Notes: generated from the letters alone by a model not told the origin. A stretch of DNA of 64,000 bases from Lysobacterales bacterium (GCA_022844165.1 JALHMH010000006.1:97676-161675), one strand, 5' to 3'. Positions 21,443 through 31,594 are shown, counted from the stretch's first letter. Translations and numbers: made by a program.

Positions 21443-22002
21443 TAGATCTGTCCCTGCAGTTCTTTGTAGCGGCGCAGCGCTGTACACGCCGCTTCGCGCT
21501 GGATATCGCGCCGAACCTCGATGCCACGACGATTTAACTCGCCGACCCAATCGTTGGGCAGCGGGCCTTCGTCGAAACCGGTCAGCGATTCGACATCCTC
21601 ACTGCGTGCGCCGATCAGCAGCGTGTCGATACCGGCCCATACCGTAGCGCCAAAACACTGGCAACACGGTTGGGCGCTGGTGGCCAACGTGATCTTGCGG
21701 CCGATCGCGTTCAGGCGAAATTGCTGCAAACGTTGCTGCGCTGTCATAAAGGCCATCATCTCGGCATGTGCCACGGAGCAGTTCTGCTGCAGCACGCGGT
21801 TGACCCCGACGCTGATCAAGTGCCCTTCATCGGTAAACACCGCGGCACCGAACGGCCCACCGGTGCCGTGTTCAACGTTCATCCGCGACAACTCGATCGC
21901 CAATCCGACCTGGTCCTCCGCGGAGCGATAAGGGCGAGACATGTCGATGACCCGTTGCGTCCACGCAGGCAGGGTCAGATGTACCTGGACCGGCAGAATC
22001 AC
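21439..22002 (-). CDS. Zn-dependent nucleoside/nucleobase deaminase (cytidine/deoxycytidylate deaminase family)
   Basis: GGPFGAAVF, AHAEMMA, AQPCCQC. GTGA overlap with the glnS stop. Confidence 0.88.
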   Translation of the reverse strand: MILPVQVHLTLPAWTQRVIDMSRPYRSAEDQVGLAIELSRMNVEHGTGGPFGAAVFTDEGHLISVGVNRVLQQNCSVAHAEMMAFMTAQQRLQQFRLNAIGRKITLATSAQPCCQCFGATVWAGIDTLLIGARSEDVESLTGFDEGPLPNDWVGELNRRGIEVRRDIQREAACTALRRYKELQGQIY

Positions 22003-23720
22003 TTCTCCGCCTTGGCGTAGGAATCGCGCAACGTGACGATACGGTTGAACACGAGGCGCTCCATGCGGTGGTCGAACTGATCGGCCACAAAGTACCCTAA
22101 GCGCTCGAACTGAAAGCGCGACTCGATCGGCACATCACGCAGACTGGACTCCAGATATCCGCGCACGATGATCTTGCTGCGCGGGTTCAAGTGATCGCGA
22201 TAGGTCTTGCCGTCGCTATCGTCATCCGGGTTCGGCACGTCGAATAATCGATCGTAAAGGCGAACTTCAGCCGGCACGGCGCTGGCGGCACACACCCAGT
22301 GGATCGTACCCTTGACCTTACGTTCGGCGCCAGGCAGGCCAGGTCGTGTACTGGCATCCAGGGAAACGCGAAGTTCGATGACGGTTCCGTTGCTGTCTTT
22401 GACGACCTCATCGCAGCGCACAATGCCAACACCGCGCAAGCGCACTTCGCCACCGGGCACGAGTCGGTGGAATCCTTTGGGCGGCACCTCGGCGAAGTCT
22501 TCGCGCTCGATATAGAGGCGTGGCGAAAATGATACCTCGCGCGTTCCCTTGGTTGGATCTTTGGGGTGGTTGGCAAAACTCAGCGTCTCGCAGTGGTCGG
22601 GCGGCAGATTCGCGATGGTCACCGGGAGCGGATCGAGCACCGCCAGACGCCGCGACGCTTTGCTGTCCAGGTCGTCGCGAACACAGCCTTCCAGTACGCT
22701 GTACTCGATCGTCGCTACTTGTTTGCTGTAGCCCATGCGTTCCCAGAAGGTGCGAATCGCGCCGGACGGAAACCCACGTCGGCGCGCGCCGGAAAGTGTC
22801 GGCATACGCGGATCGTTCCATCCATCGACCAGGCCCTCCTGCACCAGCGCAATCAGCTTGCGCTTGCTCATCACCGTGTAGTCGAGATTGCCGCGCGCAA
22901 ATTCGGTTTGCCGCGGTCGCGAGGGTGTCATGTGCAGGCCCTTGGCGCGCAGCGGCTCGGTCAATGCCAGATCGTGCTCGATGTCGAGTTGATCCAGGCA
23001 CCAATCGTACAGCGGGCGGTGATCCTCGAATTCCAGCGTGCACAGGCTGTGCGTGATGCCCTCAACGGCGTCGGAAATGCAGTGCGCGTAGTCGTACATG
23101 GGGTAAATGCACCACGCATCGCCAGTGTTCTGATGGCGCACTTTGCGGATGCGATACAAGGCCGGATCGCGCAGGTTGATGTTCGGCGAGGCCATGTCGA
23201 TCCTGGCGCGCAAGGTGCGCGCGCCGTCCTCGAACTCGCCAGCGCGCATGCGCCGAAAAAGCTCCAGATTGGTATCGATGTCGCGGTCGCGGAACGGGCT
23301 GTTGCGGCCTGGTTCGGTCAGCGTGCCGCGATAGGCGCGCACGTCATCGGCGCTCAGATCGCACACGTAAGCCTGACCCTGGCGGATCAACTTCTCGCCG
23401 CACAGATAGAAGACCTCGAAATAATCCGATGCATGCAGCAGGTTGGCCCACTCAAATCCCAACCAGCGAACATCGTCTTTGATCGCGTTGACGTATTCGA
23501 TGTCCTCTTTGCTTGGATTGGTGTCATCGAAGCGCAGGTTGCAGGAGCCGCCAAAATCGTGCGCCATACCGAAGTTCAGGCAGATGCTCTTGGCGTGACC
23601 CAGATGCAGGTAGCCGTTTGGTTCGGGCGGAAAGCGCGTCGCTACACGCCCACCGTGCGCCCCGCGCGCGCGATCCGTTTCGATCATGCTGCGGATAAAG
23701 TGACTGACCGTGTCTGACAT
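21999..23720 (-). CDS. glnS: Glutamine--tRNA ligase
   Basis: TRFPPEPNGYLHLGHAKSI, WCIYPMYDYAH, VMSKRKL, FQFERLGYF. Confidence 0.97.
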   Translation of the reverse strand: MSDTVSHFIRSMIETDRARGAHGGRVATRFPPEPNGYLHLGHAKSICLNFGMAHDFGGSCNLRFDDTNPSKEDIEYVNAIKDDVRWLGFEWANLLHASDYFEVFYLCGEKLIRQGQAYVCDLSADDVRAYRGTLTEPGRNSPFRDRDIDTNLELFRRMRAGEFEDGARTLRARIDMASPNINLRDPALYRIRKVRHQNTGDAWCIYPMYDYAHCISDAVEGITHSLCTLEFEDHRPLYDWCLDQLDIEHDLALTEPLRAKGLHMTPSRPRQTEFARGNLDYTVMSKRKLIALVQEGLVDGWNDPRMPTLSGARRRGFPSGAIRTFWERMGYSKQVATIEYSVLEGCVRDDLDSKASRRLAVLDPLPVTIANLPPDHCETLSFANHPKDPTKGTREVSFSPRLYIEREDFAEVPPKGFHRLVPGGEVRLRGVGIVRCDEVVKDSNGTVIELRVSLDASTRPGLPGAERKVKGTIHWVCAASAVPAEVRLYDRLFDVPNPDDDSDGKTYRDHLNPRSKIIVRGYLESSLRDVPIESRFQFERLGYFVADQFDHRMERLVFNRIVTLRDSYAKAEK

Positions 23721-23858
23721 AAGCGGAGACCGAACTGGCGCAAAGGGCGCGGATTCTACGGGTTTGCTGCACAGGCTGCGCGCTCGGCGCAGGCATCGCT
23801 GCCGCGGTAAGCCTTTGGCACTACCCCGGCAATCGGAGATGATCCAGAGTGGGTCTCG

Positions 23859-24164
23859 GCAGGGTTTCGCTCAGACCGACGAGCATTGTCGGCTTCGCTC
23901 GACAGCGCATCGGCCACGGCTAGAGTCCTTGACGGAGACTGATCTCGACAAATGAGTCAAATTTTCTACAAAGGGGCTTTGGCTTTGGCAGCCCCCTTAA
24001 ATTAAGGGGGGTGAGGACTGGCGCTTACACGCCGATAGGCGTGTGCCGATCCGAACGACCGGCGGCTTTGCCGCCGGGCCGGAAATGCGGAGCGCGGGGT
24101 TGTGGCGAGTACGCTGTCTGGCGAAGCCAACAATGCTCGGCAGTCTGAGGCGAAGCCTCGCTAG
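23859..24164 (+). repeat. CTAG-bounded structured repeat, copy 2 (unit 23920-24164, different internal hairpins) plus an inverted right-end module (~23859-23917)
   Basis: CTAGAGTCCTTGACGGAG start, same central palindrome, ends GAGGCGAAGCCTCGCTAG. Confidence 0.85.
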
Positions 24165-24186
24165 ACTTGGGTTCAAGGAGCGTAGT

Positions 24187-24720
24187 ATGACCGCGTTGCC
24201 AGAATGGTCGCAGGCACCAATGCCATCCATACCGCAGGTTTCGCAATTGCATCTGCCGATCCGGGCTGAGACGCATCAGGGCCTCGGTGAGCTTGAAGGC
24301 ATGCTGCTGTTCGACGGCCGCGAGTTGCGCCTGGACTTTCAAACCTCAGACAGCCTTTTCGGCGTGCTGCGGTCTAAGCCTGAGAGTGTCATCGTACCGC
24401 TGGCAGCAATCCAGTCGGTCCGTTGCGGTTTGGGGTTTTTTTGGGTGATGCCGTATATCGCACTGGAGCTCAACGATTTTCAGCTGCTTGCACGGGTGCC
24501 CGGAGCGAATGGTGGGCGATGGCGCTTGCGTGTCCGCTATCGCGATCGGCAGGCGCTACTGCGCATGACCGACGCGGTCGCCTTTGCGCGCGCCCAATGG
24601 CTGCACGAGCGGCTCGCCTCGGATCTGCCGCCTTTGCCGCCGTATGGTGTGCCGACGCCCCTCTCCAGCACCGCCGAAGACACCAATCCGTCAGAGGCCA
24701 GGCGGCGTATCCCAGAGTAG
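24187..24720 (+). CDS. Hypothetical protein
   Basis: AAGGAG RBS before ATG 24187. Protein-like composition (GMLLFDGRELRLDFQTSDSLFG). No family recognised. Confidence 0.65.
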   Translation: MTALPEWSQAPMPSIPQVSQLHLPIRAETHQGLGELEGMLLFDGRELRLDFQTSDSLFGVLRSKPESVIVPLAAIQSVRCGLGFFWVMPYIALELNDFQLLARVPGANGGRWRLRVRYRDRQALLRMTDAVAFARAQWLHERLASDLPPLPPYGVPTPLSSTAEDTNPSEARRRIPE

Positions 24721-24729
24721 CGCCGCGAC

Positions 24730-25182
24730 TCAACAAGGATCGCGGCCGCTTGCTTTCTCATAGGGCGTTGCGCGGCCATCGCGCTCGCTGCCGCGGCGCA
24801 GGCTGGCGGCAGGTCGGGAGATCTCGCGGCACGCCTCTTTGCGCGCAACGCGCTCGCTGTGCACCGATTCGCCTTTGGCGCCAGAACAGCGCTCGTGCTG
24901 GTACCAAACACGCGCGCCGGCCGTGCAACGGAATGACGCCATGCGCTCGCTGCGGTCGGGCCGTCCTCGCTGCTGCCGAGCCGCCTTTTCGGCGCGCTTG
25001 CGCTCGGGTTTCGATGGCGGCGTTGGCGGTGGCTCAGCAGGGAAGCTCCAGGCTTTAATCGGGTCCGCGCATGGCCTGTCGCTGAACTGGCGTACGCCAT
25101 GTTCCGCTCGGCATTCGTACACGCTGGCGGAGATGGGCCCACACAAAAGCAACAGGAGCAGCACAAAAGTGATGGAGCGCAT
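24730..25182 (-). CDS. Secreted DUF4124-like domain protein
   Basis: Signal peptide followed by VYECRAEHGVRQFSDRPC. Confidence 0.7.
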   Translation of the reverse strand: MRSITFVLLLLLLCGPISASVYECRAEHGVRQFSDRPCADPIKAWSFPAEPPPTPPSKPERKRAEKAARQQRGRPDRSERMASFRCTAGARVWYQHERCSGAKGESVHSERVARKEACREISRPAASLRRGSERDGRATPYEKASGRDPC

Positions 25183-25317
25183 GGCGAATCGACGATTGAA
25201 GGGGAGCCGGCACACTAGCGATGCCTAAAGGCGCTGTCTGTCAGCGTTACGCTGTACTTTGCGTCAGAATTTTCTGACAGCGCGACGATTGTCCGCGCTG
25301 CCACGTAATGGGCTGAC

Positions 25318-25842
25318 ATGGATCAAGACACCGCCCAGGCTGAGCTGGATAGACGCGACTTCAAGCTCGCCGCATCGGGAGATCGTGGGGCTTTTGCGGC
25401 GATCTATCTGCGCTATGTCGGCCAGGTGTACACGTTGTGCCTGAGGCTTGCGCGGGACCGCCACCATGCCGAGGATCTGGCGCAGGAGACGTTCTTGCGT
25501 GCGCTGCGCGCTGCGCACACGTTTCGGCTCGACGCACCGTTGGGACCATGGCTGAAACGTATCGCAGCGAACCTCGCCATCGACTGGCAACGCACGCGTT
25601 GGCCGATGGCACAGCTCGACGACGAAGACACGGTTACGCCGTCCAATGTGATCGACGCCCACGCTGCACTTGATCTGCAGACTTTGCTGTCGCGTCTGCC
25701 GCTGCATGCGCGGACGGTACTTTGGCTGAGCCTCGTGGAAGGTTGGACGCACGCCGAATTGGCGGAGCGCTTCTGCCGCAGCGAGAGTTGGTCGAAGTCC
25801 ATCCAATCTCGTGCTCTGAAACTGCTGAGAGGAAACCCGTGA
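25318..25842 (+). CDS. ECF RNA polymerase sigma factor
   Basis: Region 2 AEDLAQETFLRA..WLKRIAANLAID and region 4 LSRLPLHARTVLWLSLVEGWTHAELAE. Confidence 0.92.
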   Translation: MDQDTAQAELDRRDFKLAASGDRGAFAAIYLRYVGQVYTLCLRLARDRHHAEDLAQETFLRALRAAHTFRLDAPLGPWLKRIAANLAIDWQRTRWPMAQLDDEDTVTPSNVIDAHAALDLQTLLSRLPLHARTVLWLSLVEGWTHAELAERFCRSESWSKSIQSRALKLLRGNP

Positions 25843-26207
25843 TGAGCGAGGAATGGAATGATCTGGCGCGTCGGTTGCGCATGCTGCCCACAGAGGCGCC
25901 TTCCCCGGCGCTTTGGGAACGCCTCGATAGCGCCTATCGCGCGGAATTCGTCCGACGACCGCGACGGCGCATGGTGCCGTTGGCGCTGGCCGCGTGTGCT
26001 CTTTTCGCCGCCCCCGCGCTGTGGTTATTGACTCGCCCGTCTGAGGTGTCAGTCGATGTCGTCACGTTGCGCATCGAAGCCATCGATCGGGCATTGCAGC
26101 GTGCCTATCTGGAGGGCGCCAGCGATGCCGAACTCGAGGCGTTGTGGCGCCGCCGAGAGGCACTGATCGAAGCGCGGCCGCAGCGCAATGAACCGGTTCG
26201 GATTTGA
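25842..26207 (+). CDS. Putative single-pass anti-sigma factor
   Basis: TGATG coupling to the sigma gene, LRMLPTEAPSPALWERL, one TM segment, short periplasmic tail. Confidence 0.75.
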   Translation: MSEEWNDLARRLRMLPTEAPSPALWERLDSAYRAEFVRRPRRRMVPLALAACALFAAPALWLLTRPSEVSVDVVTLRIEAIDRALQRAYLEGASDAELEALWRRREALIEARPQRNEPVRI

Positions 26208-26216
26208 CACCAGGAG

Positions 26217-27068
26217 ATGATCATGAACCTCTCGATTCTGACCATGATGACGTTGCTGTCGTTGCCTGAAGCGCACCAGGACACTTTGGCTGAAAAGATC
26301 GACGCGGCGCTGTTGGACGCGCGGCCGTTGCAAGGGATCCGTTCAGTGCACCGCTTGCCGCACCGTCGTGTTGAGCTTGGCGCGTTGATCGATGTCCAGC
26401 AGAAGCGTTCCGATGGTTTAGCGGTGCGGGAGCTGACTGCGGGGAGTTTCGCGGAGCGCGTCGGCCTGAAGCCGGGGGACCAGCTTCTGGTTATCAACAG
26501 CGTCGATTTAACCGACGCCTCGTTTGCGGTGGCGGAGGCGCTGGAACTGGCGCTCGCCACCTGGCGCAATGAAATCGACATCGAGTTACGGCGCGATGGG
26601 CAACATTTGCGTCTCGTTGGAGCCATCAACGTCCTGCCAGTCCCTGGATTTGTCATGCAGTTGACGCCAGAGGTGCCCGAAGGCAGTGGGTGTGGCTATC
26701 TCGCCAGCGCCGATACGCGGAGTGCCTCGCACAAAGTCGTTATCGAATCGGTTAACGGAAGACCGGTCAGGCCCGATTGGTTGGGGCGCATCGCCCTGCC
26801 GAGCGGGTTGCACCGGCTGACGGTCCGGCCGTTGGCCCCAAATCGCGCTGGTTGGGCGCCAGACGCGTTTCCTAGGTTCTCCGAGCCACCTTCGCTGAGT
26901 CGGCAAATGGCGCTGCGTTTTGGCAGGTCGGTCGAACGCCTGGCGACGTTGGAGGTCACTGTGGCGGTGAGTGGCGATCGACTGCTGCGATTGGGCGCCG
27001 AACGCGTCAATCGCACAACCTGGGCGGTCATCGAGATCGATGGCGGAGAACGGCGCTGCCGAGGCTGA
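26217..27068 (+). CDS. Exported PDZ-domain protein, paralog 1
   Basis: CAGGAG RBS, GSFAERVGLKPGDQLLVINSV..IELRRDG, C-terminal domain bracketed by SGCG and a terminal Cys. Confidence 0.78.
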   Translation: MIMNLSILTMMTLLSLPEAHQDTLAEKIDAALLDARPLQGIRSVHRLPHRRVELGALIDVQQKRSDGLAVRELTAGSFAERVGLKPGDQLLVINSVDLTDASFAVAEALELALATWRNEIDIELRRDGQHLRLVGAINVLPVPGFVMQLTPEVPEGSGCGYLASADTRSASHKVVIESVNGRPVRPDWLGRIALPSGLHRLTVRPLAPNRAGWAPDAFPRFSEPPSLSRQMALRFGRSVERLATLEVTVAVSGDRLLRLGAERVNRTTWAVIEIDGGERRCRG

Positions 27069-27115
27069 TTGCACCCTTGGTGGTTCGATGGTCGAGAGCT
27101 GATAGGAGAAAGACT

Positions 27116-27964
27116 GTGAAAACGTTGATGCTTGTCGCGGCGCTCGGCGCCGGTGTGGACCGCCAAACGACAGCGACGCTCGTGGAGGCGATCGATCATG
27201 CACTCAAGGATGGGGCCGCGACCGAACCGGTGATGCGCCTGCCGCGTCAGATCGTCGAGCTTGGCGCCGTTCTCGATACTCGTCAGGGCCACCCGTCTGG
27301 CGCCCCGGTTGTCGCTGTCACGCCGGGTGGGTTTGCCGAAGGCATTGGCCTTCGCATTGGCGATCAGGTCACCGCGATCAACGATGTTCCGCTCCTCGCC
27401 GATGCTGCGCGGGCCTTCCGTCTGTCGCAAGCCGCGCAGGAAGAGTTGCACCTGGATGTGTTCCGCGATGGCGCGCGAATGCGTTTGTCTGGTCGCCCAG
27501 CGGCGCGCTCGCTACCAGGTTGGTCGCTCACGATGCTTCCGCCGGCCCCGATCGCGGCACCTGACTCTGGTTGCGGCTTCGTCAGCAGCAGTCAGCGAAT
27601 TTCGGACCTGGACAGCATGTTGCGCATCGAAAAGGTCAACGGCGAGCGTATTGAAGCTGTTGGCGCAGCGTCGGTGAGATTGGCCGCCGGTGTGCATCGG
27701 CTCACGGTCCGGGCCGCCGTGTTCGGCACAACCGGATTTGCCGACGGTGCACTGTCGCAGACCCCAAGTTCCGGCGGGCCAGGATGGAACAGAGTACCGA
27801 CGGAATCGCAATGGCGCACCACCCAATGGAGCGATCTGACCACTTTGGTCGAGATACGGGTGCTGCCCAATCGCCATCATCGTCTGCGCGCACGCCGCCT
27901 GTCGGATGGCAACTTCGAGATCTTTGAGGTGAGTGTCGACCAGCGCGAGTGCCCGGAAGGCTAA
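27116..27964 (+). CDS. Exported PDZ-domain protein, paralog 2
   Basis: AGGAG RBS with GTG start, GGFAEGIGLRIGDQVTAINDV..VFRDG, SGCG..IEKVNG..GVHRLTVR..EC. Collinear with paralog 1. Confidence 0.78.
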   Translation: MKTLMLVAALGAGVDRQTTATLVEAIDHALKDGAATEPVMRLPRQIVELGAVLDTRQGHPSGAPVVAVTPGGFAEGIGLRIGDQVTAINDVPLLADAARAFRLSQAAQEELHLDVFRDGARMRLSGRPAARSLPGWSLTMLPPAPIAAPDSGCGFVSSSQRISDLDSMLRIEKVNGERIEAVGAASVRLAAGVHRLTVRAAVFGTTGFADGALSQTPSSGGPGWNRVPTESQWRTTQWSDLTTLVEIRVLPNRHHRLRARRLSDGNFEIFEVSVDQRECPEG

Positions 27965-28060
27965 CCCGCATGTTTCACGATGAAATGGCATGATTTCGTT
28001 GCAACGGCGAGGAATTCTCGAAGTCGATCGAAATGACAGACTGCTCGGCCATTTCCTTGC
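27962..28060. repeat. Degenerate copy of the 14511-14643 MITE-like element
   Basis: TAACCCGCATGTTTCA..GAAATGGCATGATTTCGTTGCAA..GCCATTTCCT aligns to 14512-14617 with a deletion. Begins at the TAA stop of PDZ paralog 2. Confidence 0.65.
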
Positions 28061-28197
28061 TAACGCCTCTGCGCGTCTGCTCTCGCGCGACGAACTCATA
28101 TTTTGACCAGATAACGCCGAGATGAGAGGCACGGCGGCAGCGAGGCCTGTGTGGAAAGGCGCGCCGTTTTATTCGAACGGCACGCGAGGGCCAGGCA

Positions 28198-29739
28198 TCA
28201 GAAGCCAAGCGGAATGGCGAAGTAGAAGAAAGCGATCAGCAGCGTCGTCCAGCTCAAGAGGAAAGCGATCGAATACGGCATCATCATCAGAATCATCTCA
28301 CCGAAGCTCAAATCGGGCCGATAGCGCCGCATGAAGGCGAGCACGATGCCCGCGTAAGACATCATCGGCGTGATGATATTGGTGGACGAGTCGGCCACAC
28401 GATAGGCAGCGGCAACCAGATCTGGCGTCATTGCTGGATTGACCTGGTAAAGCATCGGCACGAACAGCGGCCCGAGCAGCAGCCATTTCGAGTTCAGTCC
28501 GCCGACGAACAGATTGATCGTCGCTGTGGTCAGTACAAAGCCGATCAGCAGCAGAATGGGATAGTCGGCCACGCCGGCCGCGAGCAGCGTCTGCGCGCCG
28601 AGGTAAGTGATGTAAGCGCCGAGCCCTGAGTAGGTGAGCAGGGCCAGAAAGTTATACGAGAAGAAAGTCAGCACCAATATGTAACTGGCCGCGCTCATTT
28701 GCCTGCTCATCGCTTTGACCACGTCGGTCGCGGAGCTGAAGCGGCCGCTGGCAAAGCCGAATGCCATGCCAACGATGACGAAGAACAGCGAGATCATCAA
28801 TATGATGTTGTTGACGAAGGGCAGCACGCGCTGCCCTTGAGCATTTTCGTACGGCGCCAGTGGCCCATAGGCGAAACCAGCGATGACTGCCAGCGCCAGC
28901 AGCGCGGCGCCACCGGCCCAGAGCAGTCCACGACGTTCGCCCGCATCCAGCTCGAACTCACCCAGATCAAGATCGGGCGGCACCGTGAATGGCGAATTCG
29001 CCAGTTTCGGTATGACAAAACGTCGGGTGACGTAGGCGCCAACCAGCGCCAGCAGGATCGTCGATGCGACCATGAAGTAATAGTTCATGGTCGCCGGATT
29101 CAGGGCGTTGCCAGCCGCATCAACGAAGGGCACGCCTTGCGATTCAGCAAAAATTTTTGCGTTCATGCCAACAATGACATCCGGCGGTGTGGCGGGGATC
29201 AGGTTGGCGGAAAATCCTGCCGAAACGCCGGCAAACGCCGCTGCCATGCCGATCAGCGGATTCTGCTTCAATGCCGCGTAGAGCAGGCCAGCCAGCGGAA
29301 TCAAGATCAGATAGCCGGCGTCGGTCGCCAGCGAACTCATGATGCCCAGGAACACCAGCATCAGCGGCATATACGCCAGCGGCACGCGGCGGCCGGCTTT
29401 TTTGATCAGCGCGCCGAGCAGACCCGCATGCTCGGCCACGCCAATGGCCAGGGTAACGATCAAGATGACACCCAGCACGCCGTTGCCGAACGCCAACCAG
29501 TTGGCGACCAGCGCGTTATCGAAAATCCAGCGTATGTGTTCGGTTTCCAGAATCGGCTTGATCGATTGCGTGACCGTGCCGCTGGCACCGGGTGTCTGAA
29601 ACGTATGTCCACCCAGGAGCGCCGCAATCACCAGCGTGAGCACGAACATTCCGGCGAACAACAGCACCGGGTCCGGAATCATCCGGCCCCAGCGTTCGAT
29701 GCGCGAGGAAAAATCTGACTGGCGTTGCGCCTCGCTCAT
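28198..29739 (-). CDS. AbgT-family transporter
   Basis: IERWGRMIPDP, AAFAGVSAGFSANL, AAYRVADSSTNIITPMMSY, MMPYSIAF. Confidence 0.9.
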   Translation of the reverse strand: MSEAQRQSDFSSRIERWGRMIPDPVLLFAGMFVLTLVIAALLGGHTFQTPGASGTVTQSIKPILETEHIRWIFDNALVANWLAFGNGVLGVILIVTLAIGVAEHAGLLGALIKKAGRRVPLAYMPLMLVFLGIMSSLATDAGYLILIPLAGLLYAALKQNPLIGMAAAFAGVSAGFSANLIPATPPDVIVGMNAKIFAESQGVPFVDAAGNALNPATMNYYFMVASTILLALVGAYVTRRFVIPKLANSPFTVPPDLDLGEFELDAGERRGLLWAGGAALLALAVIAGFAYGPLAPYENAQGQRVLPFVNNIILMISLFFVIVGMAFGFASGRFSSATDVVKAMSRQMSAASYILVLTFFSYNFLALLTYSGLGAYITYLGAQTLLAAGVADYPILLLIGFVLTTATINLFVGGLNSKWLLLGPLFVPMLYQVNPAMTPDLVAAAYRVADSSTNIITPMMSYAGIVLAFMRRYRPDLSFGEMILMMMPYSIAFLLSWTTLLIAFFYFAIPLGF

Positions 29740-29835
29740 GGTCTGTCCCACTCATCGAAACCTCAATTTCTCCCATCGGTTCTGTGAAAGCTATGTGTAG
29801 GTGCGCCGGGGATCCACTGTTCGGATCACGCGCCG

Positions 29836-31545
29836 TCAAGGCTGCTGTTCGAAAGCGCCGACGTCGCATGCGCCGTCGTTTCGCGGAAAACTGCGCGCGT
29901 CCAGCGTGGGACAGTACGCTGCAAGACCAGCGTTGCGCTGCGGTGTATAGGGCGTGCTGGCATACCAACCGATCACGACGAATGGGCCATCGAATGCGGA
30001 GAGATACAAATCGACGTCCGCGGACGGACGTTGATCGCTGGCGATGCCTGGGCAGCCCTGCACCTCGTTGGTGAACACGTTGCCGCCATCGCTGACCAGC
30101 TCGTTCGCCAGAGTCGCGGCGCAAGAGTCGCCGAACAAGCTGTTGGCATACCGCACCGTGCGCGCACCGCAGGCGGTCGAATAGCGTTTGATCAATCCAG
30201 GCCAATCCATGATGTTGCTGGCGTCGAAATTTCCGCCGATGCTGACATGGCGTAGCGTTGCGTTCCCCGAGGTTTCGATGCCCTGCCCACGACCATTCAA
30301 TGCGTAGTTGCGCGATAGCGAAACATTGACGGCGTTGATCGTTCCGCACACTGCATGGATACCGCCACCGCTCTGTTGCGGGGCAGAATTGACGTGCACG
30401 CTGACACGCTCCAGATCGAGGTTTCCATTGTCGACCACAGCGATCGCGCCACCGCTCCCGGTATTGCTTCGGTTATCGCGAAAGCCGCTGTCGACCACGC
30501 GCACCGGCACTTGGTGCGCCAGCGCACCGCCGTTAGCGCCGGCAACGTTGCGAACAAAATACGCGCCCTCGATCGCGTTAGTGGCCGTCCCGCTCAAGCC
30601 GGTACCCATCCAGACAGCGCCGCCACGTCCAGCGGCCGAGTTGCCATCGAATTCGATCAGATCTCGCGGTGTTGCGGAGCTGGTATTCAGCAGTGTCAGG
30701 CTGGCCGTGTCGTTTAGTGCGATCGCGCCGCCATCGCCGCTGCTGCTGTTGTTGGCGATGCGCAACGTGCCATCGTCGGCCCAGACCACGTGACTGTACC
30801 ATCCAATAATGCCGTTGCCCCAGATGCGGATCGCGCCGCCGAACGCACTGCTGTTATTCGCCAACTCGCTGCCGGCGGACTGCACATTCGAGGCGCCGAG
30901 AAACGACACGGCGCCACCGTAGGCGCTGGCGCTGTTGTTGCGCAGAATGCTGCGCGTCAAATTCAAATGCGTCTTCTGCAAATACAACGCGCCACCAACG
31001 TCAGCCGCACAGGACTCGATTACGGCATCGATGAGACTCAGCGAATGAATGTGTGTGACCCCATGGGTACGCACACAGCCGCCGACCGCGCCGCGCCCAC
31101 CGGTCATGCGCAAAGCACGAAAGCCGGCGGCGATCGATTGCGTGCCGGTCTCGATCTCAAAGAGTGCATTGCGGAAATGCAGATTCGTCTTCCAGCGAAT
31201 CGTCGTCCGCGTTGCGCCGGCACCGATGAACTCGACGGACTCGCTGATGCGCAGCGGCCCGATGAAGGCGTCTGCGGTATCCGGCGTGATATCGATTCGC
31301 GTCAAATCGTAGGTGGTTCCGGCGAGCACAATACGATCGGGCCCAGGCGAAGCATTTGCTGCCATCACAGCCTCACGCAGGCTGCAGCGAAACGCCGTAC
31401 AGCCTAAGGGCAACGGATCGTCGGTGCGCGTGACCGTGAACGTAGCGGCTATCGCCGGCAGGCAGCCCAGCATCAAGCTGATCGCGGCGAGCCATCCGGC
31501 CGCCAGGATCTTTGCCTGTCCGCGATTGGTATTTGCCGTTCTCAA
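29836..31545 (-). CDS. Secreted CSLREA-domain beta-helix protein with choice-of-anchor Q-like C-terminus
   Basis: ATFTVTRTDD..CSLREAVMAAN, repeated N-x-A/S..GGA motifs, DARSFPRNDGACDVGAFE. Start uncertain (TTG 31545 precedes the signal peptide). Confidence 0.8.
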   Translation of the reverse strand: MRTANTNRGQAKILAAGWLAAISLMLGCLPAIAATFTVTRTDDPLPLGCTAFRCSLREAVMAANASPGPDRIVLAGTTYDLTRIDITPDTADAFIGPLRISESVEFIGAGATRTTIRWKTNLHFRNALFEIETGTQSIAAGFRALRMTGGRGAVGGCVRTHGVTHIHSLSLIDAVIESCAADVGGALYLQKTHLNLTRSILRNNSASAYGGAVSFLGASNVQSAGSELANNSSAFGGAIRIWGNGIIGWYSHVVWADDGTLRIANNSSSGDGGAIALNDTASLTLLNTSSATPRDLIEFDGNSAAGRGGAVWMGTGLSGTATNAIEGAYFVRNVAGANGGALAHQVPVRVVDSGFRDNRSNTGSGGAIAVVDNGNLDLERVSVHVNSAPQQSGGGIHAVCGTINAVNVSLSRNYALNGRGQGIETSGNATLRHVSIGGNFDASNIMDWPGLIKRYSTACGARTVRYANSLFGDSCAATLANELVSDGGNVFTNEVQGCPGIASDQRPSADVDLYLSAFDGPFVVIGWYASTPYTPQRNAGLAAYCPTLDARSFPRNDGACDVGAFEQQP

Positions 31546-31594
31546 TGCATCTGCGCAAACACGGGTTGTGGGTTGATCGAATCGCAGGTCAACG

